NCBI GenBank assembly: GCA_964539615.1
Contig: CAZIJP010000001.1
Location: forward strand, 1-59,743
Direction: 5' to 3'
Length of the DNA stretch: 59,743 nt
Source of the DNA: an uncultured bacterium
GTDB taxonomy: Bacteria; Macinerneyibacteriota; Macinerneyibacteria; Macinerneyibacteriales; CAYRFE01
The notes under the pieces are model-generated. The model was not told the DNA's origin, did no database searches, and saw only the letters and a program-made list of their open reading frames with translations. A program made the position numbers and the translations under genes. Below, piece after piece: positions 27,529 to 37,067 of this stretch; position 1 is the first letter of the stretch, and each line of letters begins with the position of its first letter.

Positions 27529-29277
27529 ATGAATTATAAAAAAAGTTTGGAATTGATTCAAAAGTTTGAAAAAAGATTGGCCTCTTCTCAGACACTAAAA
27601 CAACAATACTTATATCTTACTAAGCTTACATTGTTGACATTAAATAGCGGTCTTTTTGATTTATGCCGAGAATATGCTTCAAAGAGTATTGAACATGTTG
27701 AAAAGCAGGGAAATAAACAACAATTACCGAATTTATTATATACACTGGGATATAGTTATTATCATCTGGGTATTTATGATAAAGCCTTGGAAACATTGCT
27801 TAGTATTGATTCGCTGTCTTTATCACATAACAATTTACGGTATAAAGGACTTGCTTATTCAGCTGTCGGCCTTGCCTATAGTAAAATGAAAGATTTTCTT
27901 AAAGCAACCTTTTTTTTTGATGAAGCGATGAAATTAGGTCTGCAAATTCGCGATCGTATGGTCATTGCTCGTGCATATAATGCAATTTTTGTAGGTTTCA
28001 GCGAACAACAGCAATTTGATAAATGCTTGGAGCCCCTCAAACAAGGTCTATCGATCGCGGAAGAACTAAGCGATCCAGAATTGATCTCAAGTTTTTATAA
28101 TAACTTGGGATATACCTATCGTAATCTCGGTCAATTTACTACAGCGCTCGAATATTTGTTCAAATGCCTCTATATTCGTGAACTAAGCGGCAATGTTTAT
28201 GGCCTTGCGGTTGTTTTATATAATGTCGGATTCATTTATTACCGCATGGAAGATTATGCGAAATCATTGGAATATTACGAGAAATCGCTTGCATATGCAA
28301 ATCTTGCATCAGATTGCTCGATATTAGATCTGTTGTATGCAGGATTTGCCGATACTTGGGAACAATTAAAGAATTACTCCCATGCCTTGGAATATTTTAA
28401 ACGTTATACCCAAAATCATGAGCAAGTATATAATAATGATAAAACAAGAAAATTCACCGAAATGCAATCACGGTATGAGATCGATAAAAAAGAACGTGAA
28501 GCAGAGATATACCGGTTAAAAAACATTGAATTGGTTGATGTTTTTTCGAAAATGGAACGTCAAAATAAAGAACTATTAAAAATTAATCAGACCAAGGATT
28601 ACATATTAAATATTGTCTCACATGATCTGAAAAACTCCATTAGCGCTATAATTTCATCGATTGACCTGATACCGGAAAAAAACGATCCAATGATAACAAG
28701 ATATATCCTAATGATAAAAAATTCAGCTGATAAATCACTTGAATTGGTTCAATCAATTCTTACCGCATCTAAAATCGAACTCGATGATTTTACCCTTAAT
28801 CTTCAACCGTATGAAATTCAAACATTTTTTGCCGATCACATAGAACACGTAAAATTGATGGCACATAGAAAAACATTAAACCTTTCGTTGGCATTACCCA
28901 AGTTGCCGGTTTTTTGTGCACTTGATTCAGCAAGATTTTGGGAAATAATCAGTAATATTGTTTCAAATGCAGTAAAATTTACGCCTCGAAACGGTTCTAT
29001 TTCCATTAAAGGAACTTGCGTTCAGCAACAAACGGGTGTGTTTTTCAAATTGGCAATAAAAGATTCGGGAATAGGTATCAATAAAGATAAGATCGCTCGC
29101 ATATTCGATAAATTCACCAATGCAAGAAGACAAGGAACCGAGGGTGAACCAACCACGGGGCTTGGATTATCGATTGTAAAACGATTGGTTCAATTACACA
29201 ATGGTAGCATAGCCGTTGTATCTCATGTCGATAAAGGAACTACCGTTACGATCAAACTTCCCGTGTGTCACCCATGA
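27529..29277 (+). CDS. cytoplasmic TPR-repeat sensor histidine kinase
   Basis: 582-aa ORF with no TM segment. It has N-terminal TPR-like repeats, a coiled coil, an H-box (SHDLKNSISAI), an N-box (SNIVSNAVKFT), G1 (DSGIGI) and G2 (TTGLGLSIVK). Confidence 0.8.
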   Translation: MNYKKSLELIQKFEKRLASSQTLKQQYLYLTKLTLLTLNSGLFDLCREYASKSIEHVEKQGNKQQLPNLLYTLGYSYYHLGIYDKALETLLSIDSLSLSHNNLRYKGLAYSAVGLAYSKMKDFLKATFFFDEAMKLGLQIRDRMVIARAYNAIFVGFSEQQQFDKCLEPLKQGLSIAEELSDPELISSFYNNLGYTYRNLGQFTTALEYLFKCLYIRELSGNVYGLAVVLYNVGFIYYRMEDYAKSLEYYEKSLAYANLASDCSILDLLYAGFADTWEQLKNYSHALEYFKRYTQNHEQVYNNDKTRKFTEMQSRYEIDKKEREAEIYRLKNIELVDVFSKMERQNKELLKINQTKDYILNIVSHDLKNSISAIISSIDLIPEKNDPMITRYILMIKNSADKSLELVQSILTASKIELDDFTLNLQPYEIQTFFADHIEHVKLMAHRKTLNLSLALPKLPVFCALDSARFWEIISNIVSNAVKFTPRNGSISIKGTCVQQQTGVFFKLAIKDSGIGINKDKIARIFDKFTNARRQGTEGEPTTGLGLSIVKRLVQLHNGSIAVVSHVDKGTTVTIKLPVCHP

Positions 29278-29285
29278 TCGAATAA

Positions 29286-29738
29286 TTACCAGTTAACTGC
29301 TATTTTCAAAACTATCTTATGTACACCGTGGTCTGTGCCTAATGGGGCATGGGCATCTTCAGGAAAGAAAACAGCTGCCATTCCGGGTACCAAAGAAAAC
29401 CACGTGTCCGGAGCATCATTATAAAAAATGATATCCTTTTCTTCATTGTATCCCGTTTTATCGACCAGGCAAAGATCAAGCGGTTTCCACCCGATATAGT
29501 CTTCACCGTCGATAACAATTTGAACATCGATATATTTTCGATGAGCTTCAAGCACAGTATTATGCATTCCCTTTCCTTGCTCATGGCCGACCGATGCATA
29601 CATTATCTCATCGGCAATGATGTGTTTCCCGTCGGCAATAGACGCCAGATCAGTGCGTTTTAAAAATTCATATGCATATTGCAAACCGGGATGAAGCCTC
29701 CCGTAACGCTTTAAATTCTCAATACTGTCAATGATCAT
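29286..29738 (-). CDS. YhcH/YjgK/YiaL-family (DUF386) cupin protein
   Basis: HRKYIDVQIVIDGEE and FFPEDAHAP closely resemble E. coli YhcH. I prefer the start at MIIDS (29738). Confidence 0.7.
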   Translation of the reverse strand: MIIDSIENLKRYGRLHPGLQYAYEFLKRTDLASIADGKHIIADEIMYASVGHEQGKGMHNTVLEAHRKYIDVQIVIDGEDYIGWKPLDLCLVDKTGYNEEKDIIFYNDAPDTWFSLVPGMAAVFFPEDAHAPLGTDHGVHKIVLKIAVNW

Positions 29739-29757
29739 ACTATATCCTCCGATTCTG

Positions 29758-30513
29758 TTATACATTTTTTATTATGAGCAAAAAACCGGTCATCAATAAA
29801 AGCAAGGACGTGATCTTTTGGAAAAGTGATTCGTTCAGTTTTGAATGTATCAGCAATCCCGCGATCAATCCTGCCAATGAAAAAGGCATAAGCCATGCCG
29901 CAGACATCAAAACTTGGTTTGTAAAAAAACCGAACGATGCATAGGTTATGAACCGCACAAAACTCATAACACAAAATATTCCCATGAGAGACGCCCGAAA
30001 TTGACTTTTAGAAAAACCGATGCCTTTGAAATAAAAAACAAGCGGTGGTCCGCTCATTGTAAACAAACCGCCTAAAACACCGGATAAAAACCCAAAGATC
30101 GCAACAAGAATGTTATTGGGTTTAAAGTGTATGGTATCGTTATTTTCAAAGAAAAAATAATAAACAGAAACCGTAATGATAATAAGACCGAGGATTATCA
30201 ACATCCATGGTTCCGATGCAAATTTCAGCCACCATGTTGCCAAAACCAATGCAGGTATGATAAATATGAGAAAGATCGAACTTTCTTTAAAGCTGATCTT
30301 TTTAAAATCTTTTATCGTCACGAAAACTTCGGTTGGCAAACACAATAAAAGAAATGCAGGTACGAATAATCGAATATCCCCATATAAAAGCGCCCAGATA
30401 GAAACTGAAATAAGTCCGGAGCCAAATCCTAAAGCTGCGTAAACAATCTGCCCTGCAAAAACAATAAACCCGGCAATAAATAAACTGGATACATCGGGCA
30501 TCATTTCAGTCAT
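29758..30513 (-). CDS. TauE/SafE-family anion exporter
   Basis: 251-aa ORF with about 8 TM segments and Gly-rich motifs (GFGSGLI, GVLGGLF) typical of TauE/SafE. AGGAG lies upstream. Confidence 0.7.
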   Translation of the reverse strand: MTEMMPDVSSLFIAGFIVFAGQIVYAALGFGSGLISVSIWALLYGDIRLFVPAFLLLCLPTEVFVTIKDFKKISFKESSIFLIFIIPALVLATWWLKFASEPWMLIILGLIIITVSVYYFFFENNDTIHFKPNNILVAIFGFLSGVLGGLFTMSGPPLVFYFKGIGFSKSQFRASLMGIFCVMSFVRFITYASFGFFTNQVLMSAAWLMPFSLAGLIAGLLIHSKLNESLFQKITSLLLLMTGFLLIIKNV

Positions 30514-30522
30514 GTATCGCTC

Positions 30523-31218
30523 CTAACTTAATTCGCCGATATCATAATAGCGAACCCCATTCTCTTCTCCGAAACGTATCCCGAGAGCAAAATCATCGCG
30601 AACATCCTCAATGATTCCTGAAATCTTTTCATTGTTAATCGAAAATGACCGTTGTTGCTTCTTACCCCATAGATACTTGTTCAAATAGTCGTGAACTACT
30701 GCATGATCATAGACGGAAGTATTTGCGATAGTAATGAATTGCATAAGCATTGCATGGATATTATATGAAAAATCAGGACGAAGCTTTTGAAGTGATACTG
30801 CAGTTTCGGGAATGGCATTCATGACGTTGAGCCCTATCCCGGTAACAAAAAATACCTGAGGATCGCGGATCACGGTTTGCGTCAGAATTCCTGCAAGTTT
30901 ATGCATGTTTACGTAAATATCATTGGGCCATTTTATATAAAGATCTTGAATTTTAAATTCTTTTTTTAACCATTGATGCAGCAACATCGCATAATAAAGC
31001 GGATACCCTTTCATAACAGCCGTGTCTTTGTCAATGCTTGTTGCGATACTGAAATACAATCCTCCGGGTTCAGAGCTCCAGTGACGGTCATATCGTCCTT
31101 TTCCCTCAACTTGCTGAAGCGCTCCAACACAAATTGGCGGTTTCAAAGTCCCGTCTTTTAACGCACTCAGAAGAAAACGATTGGTTGAATCAATACGATC
31201 ATACACAATGCATTCCAC
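30523..31218 (-). CDS. birA: biotin--[acetyl-CoA-carboxylase] ligase (group I, no HTH)
   Basis: GKGRYDRHWSS corresponds to the GRGRxGRxW biotin-binding loop, and KWPNDI is present. At 231 aa it has no N-terminal wHTH. It uses a GTG start 3 nt after the upstream stop. Confidence 0.8.
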   Translation of the reverse strand: MECIVYDRIDSTNRFLLSALKDGTLKPPICVGALQQVEGKGRYDRHWSSEPGGLYFSIATSIDKDTAVMKGYPLYYAMLLHQWLKKEFKIQDLYIKWPNDIYVNMHKLAGILTQTVIRDPQVFFVTGIGLNVMNAIPETAVSLQKLRPDFSYNIHAMLMQFITIANTSVYDHAVVHDYLNKYLWGKKQQRSFSINNEKISGIIEDVRDDFALGIRFGEENGVRYYDIGELS

Positions 31219-31221
31219 AAT

Positions 31222-31632
31222 TTAGCAACTTTCCACAGTAGAATTGGCCGCTAATATCTCATAGAATTTTTCCGGTAAACGGCATATTTTATTGGAAGTA
31301 TTCATAAAAGCATGTAATGTGTACCCGTGGGCGATAAGAACATCCTCCCGGGTAATCTGATAGTCAAAACGCATCCTAACACGGGTAAGTTGCGTAACGC
31401 TTGTAGAAATAGTCAGCAAATCATCATATCGCGCATTTTGTTTATACACACAGTGAGCTTCTAATACAGGCAACATATAACCGTATTCTTCAAGGCTTCT
31501 GTAGGTAAAAGATGTATTCCGGAAATATTCGTTACGACCGATCTCGAAAAGGCGAAGATAATTCCCATTGTATAAAAATCCCATCCGGTCTGTGTCACCG
31601 TAAATAACCCTGTATGTTGCAGATCGTGCCAT
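31222..31632 (-). CDS. YbgC/4HBT-family acyl-CoA thioesterase (hotdog fold)
   Basis: 136-aa ORF with the N-terminal sequence RVIYGDTDRMGFLYNGNYLRLFE, which contains the catalytic Asp motif of YbgC-type thioesterases. Confidence 0.75.
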   Translation of the reverse strand: MARSATYRVIYGDTDRMGFLYNGNYLRLFEIGRNEYFRNTSFTYRSLEEYGYMLPVLEAHCVYKQNARYDDLLTISTSVTQLTRVRMRFDYQITREDVLIAHGYTLHAFMNTSNKICRLPEKFYEILAANSTVESC

Positions 31633-31740
31633 ACGCGGATTATAACGGTCTTGTTGTAGCAGGTCAAACTTTTTTAATCTTAATTAATATTTTCTATCCG
31701 ATACTCGTAAGGCTAGACAGCACAAAAATAATGATTGTGA

Positions 31741-34434
31741 TTACGACTGCTGAATTATATCATCGTACATTTTTTTCCTGCAATCCGGGCAAATACTGTG
31801 GCTAAATTGTGCATCGGTGTGCGATTCAATATATCCCTCAACGCTTTTCCAATCTTCCGCATCATGAATCTTCTTACAATGAGCACAAATATGAATGAAT
31901 CCGCTTAAGACTTTTGTTAAAGAACCTTCAAGTTTTTCATGCATCTCTTGGTTTTCGCGCTCAGCTTTTTCCCTCCGTTCGATCTCAAGCAAGATCTGCT
32001 CATGTAATTTTTTCACATTTATGAGAGTCTTAACCCGAGCAAGCAGCTCATCCTTATCAAAAGGTTTTACCAAATAATCATTAGCCCCGGATTTCAAGCC
32101 TGTTATGATATCGTGTATCTGATTCTTAGCGGTCAACATTAATATCGGCAATTCCATAAGTGAATATTTTTTTCGAATCGTCTCGGCAACATCATATCCG
32201 GACATTCGGGGCATCATCACATCAAGAAGGATAAGATCGGGAACAGAACCTTTCTCTATAATTTTTAAAGCCTCGATCCCGCTTTGTGCTTTGATTACAT
32301 TATATCGTGCGATTGATAAATGATTTAATAATACTTGGAGATTAATCGGATCATCATCAACAATCATAATTGATGCATGAGCATCTGTCCCGATCTCATA
32401 CTCAAGGATTTCTTTTACGTGCCTATGTGATTCTTGCTCAGTAAGCATCGGCAAGTTTTCCTGTGTTATCGGTATATCATTCGCTTTTGCATCACATATG
32501 AATAATGAAAATGTAAATTTTGAACCTTTCCCTTCAACTGATTCGACCGTGATAACACCGCCGTGCAATTCAACAAGTTTTTTTGTAATCGCCAGCCCTA
32601 TTCCCGTTCCGCTGAATCCGCGGAATGTTGCATTTGATGCTTGTTCAAAAGGCATAAATATTCTTTCAAATTGATCTGCCGGAATTCCAATTCCGGTATC
32701 TTCGATTGAAATTGAACACATTTCCTCGTCTTTGACGGCCCTGACCGTTACCGTACCATCATCCGTATATTTTATCGCATTTCCTATCAAATTGATCATG
32801 ATCTGTTGTAATCTGTCCTCATCAGCATAAACACAGGGAAATTCAGCGGGAATATCATTTATCAAAGTAATACTTTTATTATCCGTAAGATGCTTGGTCA
32901 GTTGTAAAACCATATCAACGACGGTATAAAGATTAAGCGGCTTTTTATTAAGTGTGATTGTCTTATTTTTCAAATGGGAAAAATCAAGTATATCATTAAT
33001 CAGGTTAGTTAATCGTTTGCCGCTGTTAATGATCATTATCAAGTTATGTTTTGCTTGTTCCGACATAACTCCGGCAATACCGTCAAATAACGATTGAGCG
33101 ATACCAATGATACCGTTCAACGGCGTTCGAAGTTCATGTGATGTGTTGGCCATAAACTCATCTTTCAGTTTATCGAGTGCAACCAATTTTTCAGAAAACA
33201 TTTCTACTTGTGAAAAAGCGGTCGAAATTCTCAACGACATAATATATGACTGAAAAATAATAAATACAAAAAACCCGACCGGAATCAGATAAGCGGTCAT
33301 GATTATCTGATTCGAATATAAAATATCATTTATAACAGTAACAGACAATACAAGAAATCCGGCAAGCATGACACGGGCACTTTCCTTCTTTTTAATGGAG
33401 GCTCTCACGAGGATGCTTATAATGTAGAATGCACCTACAAGGTCAATGATCTCATACAACGGCAACGTATAAATGTAGATCTTCGCCGGGAAAAACAATA
33501 CTACCGCAGAAAACAGCACGCCGAGCACTATAAAAGTTCCGGTAATACTTTTCACGGAATTATCGGGAAATAGAGAATGAAGATACAAAATAAATACTGA
33601 CAACACCAAATAATGCGGAAGATAATCAAGTTTTACGATAAACTCCCAGCCGGCATTAGGATATATGATATTTAAAAATCGTTCGCCGTTAACTGTAGTG
33701 AATAAAGCGAACAAAAGACATGTTATGCTGAAATATAATGTTGAAATATCTTTTTTCCGAAACATATATAAACTAAAATGATAAAACCCCATCAGAAAAA
33801 GTCCGCCGATAATAAAAAGATCAAAGGCAAGACGTTTCATAAGCCTATTCTGCACTACTTTCTCAGGTCCGATCTCAATCTCGGATTCCAGGCCGCCTCT
33901 GACATGTGAGTAATTGGAAATCTGCATAATTATATCACACTCTTTAGGAAGCGTAGTAAGTGTGGCAACTCTGTTTAGTAATTGAGGAAGAGTTGCATTC
34001 GGAGAAGTTCCAACCTTTCCATTGCCGAGGATTTCTTCACCGTTTACCCAGAGTCTGTATGATGTCAAGGGGAATGGAACAGATAACATGAGGCGACGCG
34101 GTTCATCTTTGAAACGAAGGTGAAGCCTGACCGTCGCATAACCGTGACCGGGCAGATGTCGGTCGCCGATCTTTATTGAATTCCATGTTCCGGGAAAAGT
34201 TATATATCCGCATAAACGGGGAGTTGTTTTATTAAAATCATCAGGTTGAAGTAATTGTTGCCAGTAAAATTCCCATTCACCGCTTAAAGTCACAATATCG
34301 GAAGTGAGTGACACGGCCGTTAGATCGATTACTCCCTTTTCTGCTGTTTTCTGATTTTTATTGTCACTGCCTAATCTACACGACACTACAGATAACAAAG
34401 CAAATACGGTTACTAAAAACAGCAGACGTCTCAT
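31741..34434 (-). CDS. hybrid sensor kinase: 7TMR-DISM extracellular domain, 7TM, HisKA, HATPase, REC and a Cys-rich C-terminal module
   Basis: A signal or lipobox-like N-terminus is followed by an extracellular domain of about 170 aa and seven TM helices. Then come an H-box (SHELRTPLNGI), N/G boxes (GTGIGLAITKKLVELHGG) and a receiver domain (IMIVDDDPINL...LLDVMMP...K). The C-terminus reads HICAHCKKI...FSHSICPDCRKK. Confidence 0.85.
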   Translation of the reverse strand: MRRLLFLVTVFALLSVVSCRLGSDNKNQKTAEKGVIDLTAVSLTSDIVTLSGEWEFYWQQLLQPDDFNKTTPRLCGYITFPGTWNSIKIGDRHLPGHGYATVRLHLRFKDEPRRLMLSVPFPLTSYRLWVNGEEILGNGKVGTSPNATLPQLLNRVATLTTLPKECDIIMQISNYSHVRGGLESEIEIGPEKVVQNRLMKRLAFDLFIIGGLFLMGFYHFSLYMFRKKDISTLYFSITCLLFALFTTVNGERFLNIIYPNAGWEFIVKLDYLPHYLVLSVFILYLHSLFPDNSVKSITGTFIVLGVLFSAVVLFFPAKIYIYTLPLYEIIDLVGAFYIISILVRASIKKKESARVMLAGFLVLSVTVINDILYSNQIIMTAYLIPVGFFVFIIFQSYIMSLRISTAFSQVEMFSEKLVALDKLKDEFMANTSHELRTPLNGIIGIAQSLFDGIAGVMSEQAKHNLIMIINSGKRLTNLINDILDFSHLKNKTITLNKKPLNLYTVVDMVLQLTKHLTDNKSITLINDIPAEFPCVYADEDRLQQIMINLIGNAIKYTDDGTVTVRAVKDEEMCSISIEDTGIGIPADQFERIFMPFEQASNATFRGFSGTGIGLAITKKLVELHGGVITVESVEGKGSKFTFSLFICDAKANDIPITQENLPMLTEQESHRHVKEILEYEIGTDAHASIMIVDDDPINLQVLLNHLSIARYNVIKAQSGIEALKIIEKGSVPDLILLDVMMPRMSGYDVAETIRKKYSLMELPILMLTAKNQIHDIITGLKSGANDYLVKPFDKDELLARVKTLINVKKLHEQILLEIERREKAERENQEMHEKLEGSLTKVLSGFIHICAHCKKIHDAEDWKSVEGYIESHTDAQFSHSICPDCRKKMYDDIIQQS

Positions 34435-34443
34435 AGCGCTCCT

Positions 34444-34680
34444 TTATGATAATCCGGGGAAAGAATCTACATATTGAATTTTAAAATCAGCGAAAGAGTC
34501 GACTATTTGAATCTTAAAATCAGGGAATGAATCTACCTCCTGCCATTTACCTACCGAGTCGGGAAACGATGTCACCATTTGCACCTTAAGATCGGGAAAA
34601 GAAGTCACAACTTCTACCTTATAATCGGCAAAAGAATCAACAAATTGAATTTTTCCGTAGATACTGCTAAGGTCTGGCAT
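34444..34680 (-). CDS. 78-aa protein composed of six tandem 11-residue repeats
   Basis: The repeat is K(I/V)(Q/E)xV(D/T)SF(P/A)D(F/L/Y), six times. AAGGAGGGA lies upstream of the ATG. The ORF ends 9 nt before the kinase start. Confidence 0.6.
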   Translation of the reverse strand: MPDLSSIYGKIQFVDSFADYKVEVVTSFPDLKVQMVTSFPDSVGKWQEVDSFPDFKIQIVDSFADFKIQYVDSFPGLS

Positions 34681-34692
34681 AATTCCCTCCTT

Positions 34693-35037
34693 TTAAATTA
34701 CATTAATGGTAATATACTCTTCGCGCTCAATAGTTCCTCGGAATAACCGACGAAATACTATAACAGTAGCGCCTTTCTCAACTGCCTCAAAATGATAGGT
34801 ACCGTAAGCTTCGTCCGCGCCGCACATTCCTGCTTTTACACGAGCCGGATGCCTATACTGAAAATCATTCTTTTTCAGCCTGATACTATTCGTATTATCC
34901 AAATCAAACTCGGATTCATAACCAACAGAGCTATGACATGTATAGTGGTATGTGACATATTCCCCAACTGTAATCGTAACTATTGACATATTCTCTTTTG
35001 AGGAACCGACCAATCCTGTAATATCTTTTTTTTTCAT
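34693..35037 (-). CDS. hypothetical small beta-rich protein (possibly chagasin/I42-like fold)
   Basis: 114-aa ORF. HSSVGYESEF and GADEAYGTYHFEAVEKGATVIVF loosely resemble inhibitor-of-cysteine-peptidase loops, but the resemblance is weak. Codons 2-4 form an A9 run. Confidence 0.4.
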   Translation of the reverse strand: MKKKDITGLVGSSKENMSIVTITVGEYVTYHYTCHSSVGYESEFDLDNTNSIRLKKNDFQYRHPARVKAGMCGADEAYGTYHFEAVEKGATVIVFRRLFRGTIEREEYITINVI

Positions 35038-35142
35038 ATCATTTTTCCCTCTTCACATCAAAAGATGTAATTCACACTTGATATTAGTATAAACAATCAT
35101 AAGATTATTTCAAGGAGTTTTTTTAAGAGGTTACCACATGAA

Positions 35143-35168
35143 AATACCCCGGTTTTATCCGAGGTATT
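35143..35168 (-). terminator. hairpin downstream of the lipoprotein gene
   Basis: aataccccgg / ccgaggtatt form a 10-bp stem with one mismatch and a 6-nt loop. On the minus strand the hairpin is followed by TTTTCAT. Confidence 0.4.
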
Positions 35169-35250
35169 TATTTTATGTAATACGCAGCGTATAAGTATTA
35201 GTTTATTCTGTATATACCTTTAAGTGTCACGATGCTTAATAATAGATACC

Positions 35251-36363
35251 TCACACTTTTTCACTTTTTATATACAACGGATTCTCCAATACAACAATAG
35301 CAAAATTACGCACCTGATCTTGGCCTCGTGTTTTTTTCATGAGCTTATAGGTCACTTCACTCATATCGGCAATTTGGATAACAATATTTGATTTGCTTAC
35401 TCCGAGTATTTTTACAAAACCTTTAATTCCGGTCATTTCTTCGCATCTCACGACGGCGATTTGTTTTTTTGTTTTCCGGTCAAAAATCCGAATATTCACA
35501 TCAGCTTGCCGATATTCAAACGGTTTTACTTCCGTTTGCGTTGACGCTTTATCATAACCTCCCCCATATGACGCATATATATAGTTCTCATCAAACGCTA
35601 TACCGCCGATCACTCTGTCACCTACCTGTGTAATAGAACCGTTATAATTATACCATGCACACTCCTGATAATCCGCTTCAGTATCGGCAGAAAAAGTATC
35701 AAGAAGGTTCAAATCAAGATCATATTTTTCCAGTGTAAACGGTTTTTTGTAATAACCCAAGAACAAGCACGTATCAAAAGGATCATACGCCAGCATGCCC
35801 CCTTCAAAAAGATCTCCGTCCTGAGGAACCTCGCTATGTATCGACGCATAAGGGATCTTTTTTACGGCAACACTTTTCTCGAGATCATATTTTGTCAATT
35901 TGTTTCCGAATTTACCATTGATAAACATAAAATTCTCATTTACGGTAACGGTCATAGGTACGCCGGTTTCTTCATTCAAAGCGAAATCGTCCATGTGCTT
36001 ACCTTCAATGGAATACATTACCAATTTATTTTGATCATTGTCATAAATAACGATATGCCCGTTAGCAATGGTGATCGCCATATGCGATTGAATTTCCCCG
36101 GGGCCTTTACCGATCGGGATGGCGATCTCATTCAATATTTTCCCTGAAAGATCGGCAAAAACTAAAGCGCCGTCCTTATCTCTTTTTTGCGGATAAATTA
36201 CCGCATTATTATAATAATTTATCGCGGTCATGGCATAACTTGTTGAAAAATTAACCGGTTCCCAAATAGAAACGATCTTTGCATTCAAAATATCATCAGA
36301 CTTGGAACATCCTGTGAAGAAAACCGCTAAGTATCCGCATAACAGCAGCACTATTATTTTCAT
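35251..36363 (-). CDS. lipoprotein, possibly a 6-bladed beta-propeller
   Basis: It has a signal peptide with a lipobox (AVFFTGC). The 370-aa beta-rich sequence has periodic hydrophobic strands. AAGGAGA lies upstream of the ATG. The fold assignment is tentative. Confidence 0.6.
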   Translation of the reverse strand: MKIIVLLLCGYLAVFFTGCSKSDDILNAKIVSIWEPVNFSTSYAMTAINYYNNAVIYPQKRDKDGALVFADLSGKILNEIAIPIGKGPGEIQSHMAITIANGHIVIYDNDQNKLVMYSIEGKHMDDFALNEETGVPMTVTVNENFMFINGKFGNKLTKYDLEKSVAVKKIPYASIHSEVPQDGDLFEGGMLAYDPFDTCLFLGYYKKPFTLEKYDLDLNLLDTFSADTEADYQECAWYNYNGSITQVGDRVIGGIAFDENYIYASYGGGYDKASTQTEVKPFEYRQADVNIRIFDRKTKKQIAVVRCEEMTGIKGFVKILGVSKSNIVIQIADMSEVTYKLMKKTRGQDQVRNFAIVVLENPLYIKSEKV

Positions 36364-36429
36364 ACTATCTCCTTTGTTGAGAAAATCATGACCGAGCGGA
36401 ACGACAATCCGCCCGGTTTTAATAGTTGA

Positions 36430-36579
36430 TCATTTTTCCGGTAACGGTCTATCAAGATGAGACAACTCTTTGCTTGCAGCTCCGGATACCGTTTGAGTAG
36501 TCGATATCTTTTTTTCTTGCTGCAAACATCCGGAAGCAAAAACACAGATCAAAGCAAGCACAAACAACAACCGCTTCAT
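36430..36579 (-). CDS. unannotated 49-aa lipoprotein
   Basis: This ORF is below the ORF-track length cut-off. AAGGAGG lies 6 nt before the ATG at 36579. It reads MKRLLFVLALICVFASGC (signal peptide plus lipobox) then LQQEKKISTTQTVSGAASKELSHLDRPLPEK-stop. Confidence 0.45.
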   Translation of the reverse strand: MKRLLFVLALICVFASGCLQQEKKISTTQTVSGAASKELSHLDRPLPEK

Positions 36580-36630
36580 ACGAATCCTCCTTTTTTCAAC
36601 TGTCCGGTCTCTATCCGGCCAGCATTATTG

Positions 36631-37056
36631 TTAACGGTCAATATATATCCTGACATGCGTTCCATCATTTGATACAACATTGACCAAATCCTCATCGATC
36701 TCATCAATACTGTCAGTGATACCGGCTAATAGTGATGATATATCGATACCTTCCCGTTCCATTTGCTTAGCAGCCTGCTGAGGCATCATCGTAACCGCCA
36801 AATGAGCCAATTTCAAAGGTACTGTCACTTTCACATCATCACCTTCAGCCGACATAACTTCAATACGAAGCTTCCCCTTCAAATTTTTAGCAAACGTAGT
36901 GTTTGCACGGCGAACCTCAGAGCGAAAACCATTTGTACTATTTCTATCTGAGCTTCGTTTAACGGTTGAGTCTATTGCCTGCAACAAGCGTTCAGCCTGA
37001 TCCGCAGTGATCTTCCCGTTTTCCAACATATCCAATATTTTTGCTTTTTCATCCAT
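36631..37056 (-). CDS. SHOCT-like / LiaX-YvlB N-terminal-motif protein
   Basis: 141-aa ORF with the N-terminal sequence ILDMLENGKITADQAERLLQAI, followed by LKGKLRIEVMSAEGDDVKVTVPLKL. AGGAGG lies upstream of the ATG. Confidence 0.6.
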   Translation of the reverse strand: MDEKAKILDMLENGKITADQAERLLQAIDSTVKRSSDRNSTNGFRSEVRRANTTFAKNLKGKLRIEVMSAEGDDVKVTVPLKLAHLAVTMMPQQAAKQMEREGIDISSLLAGITDSIDEIDEDLVNVVSNDGTHVRIYIDR

Positions 37057-37067
37057 AATATTCCTCC

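Noticed and set aside
36360-36545. 61-aa minus-strand ORF from the track
   Set aside because: It has no SD, and its 3' end overlaps the start of the next gene. The other frame encodes a far more convincing SD-preceded signal-peptide/lipobox mini-protein (36430-36579).
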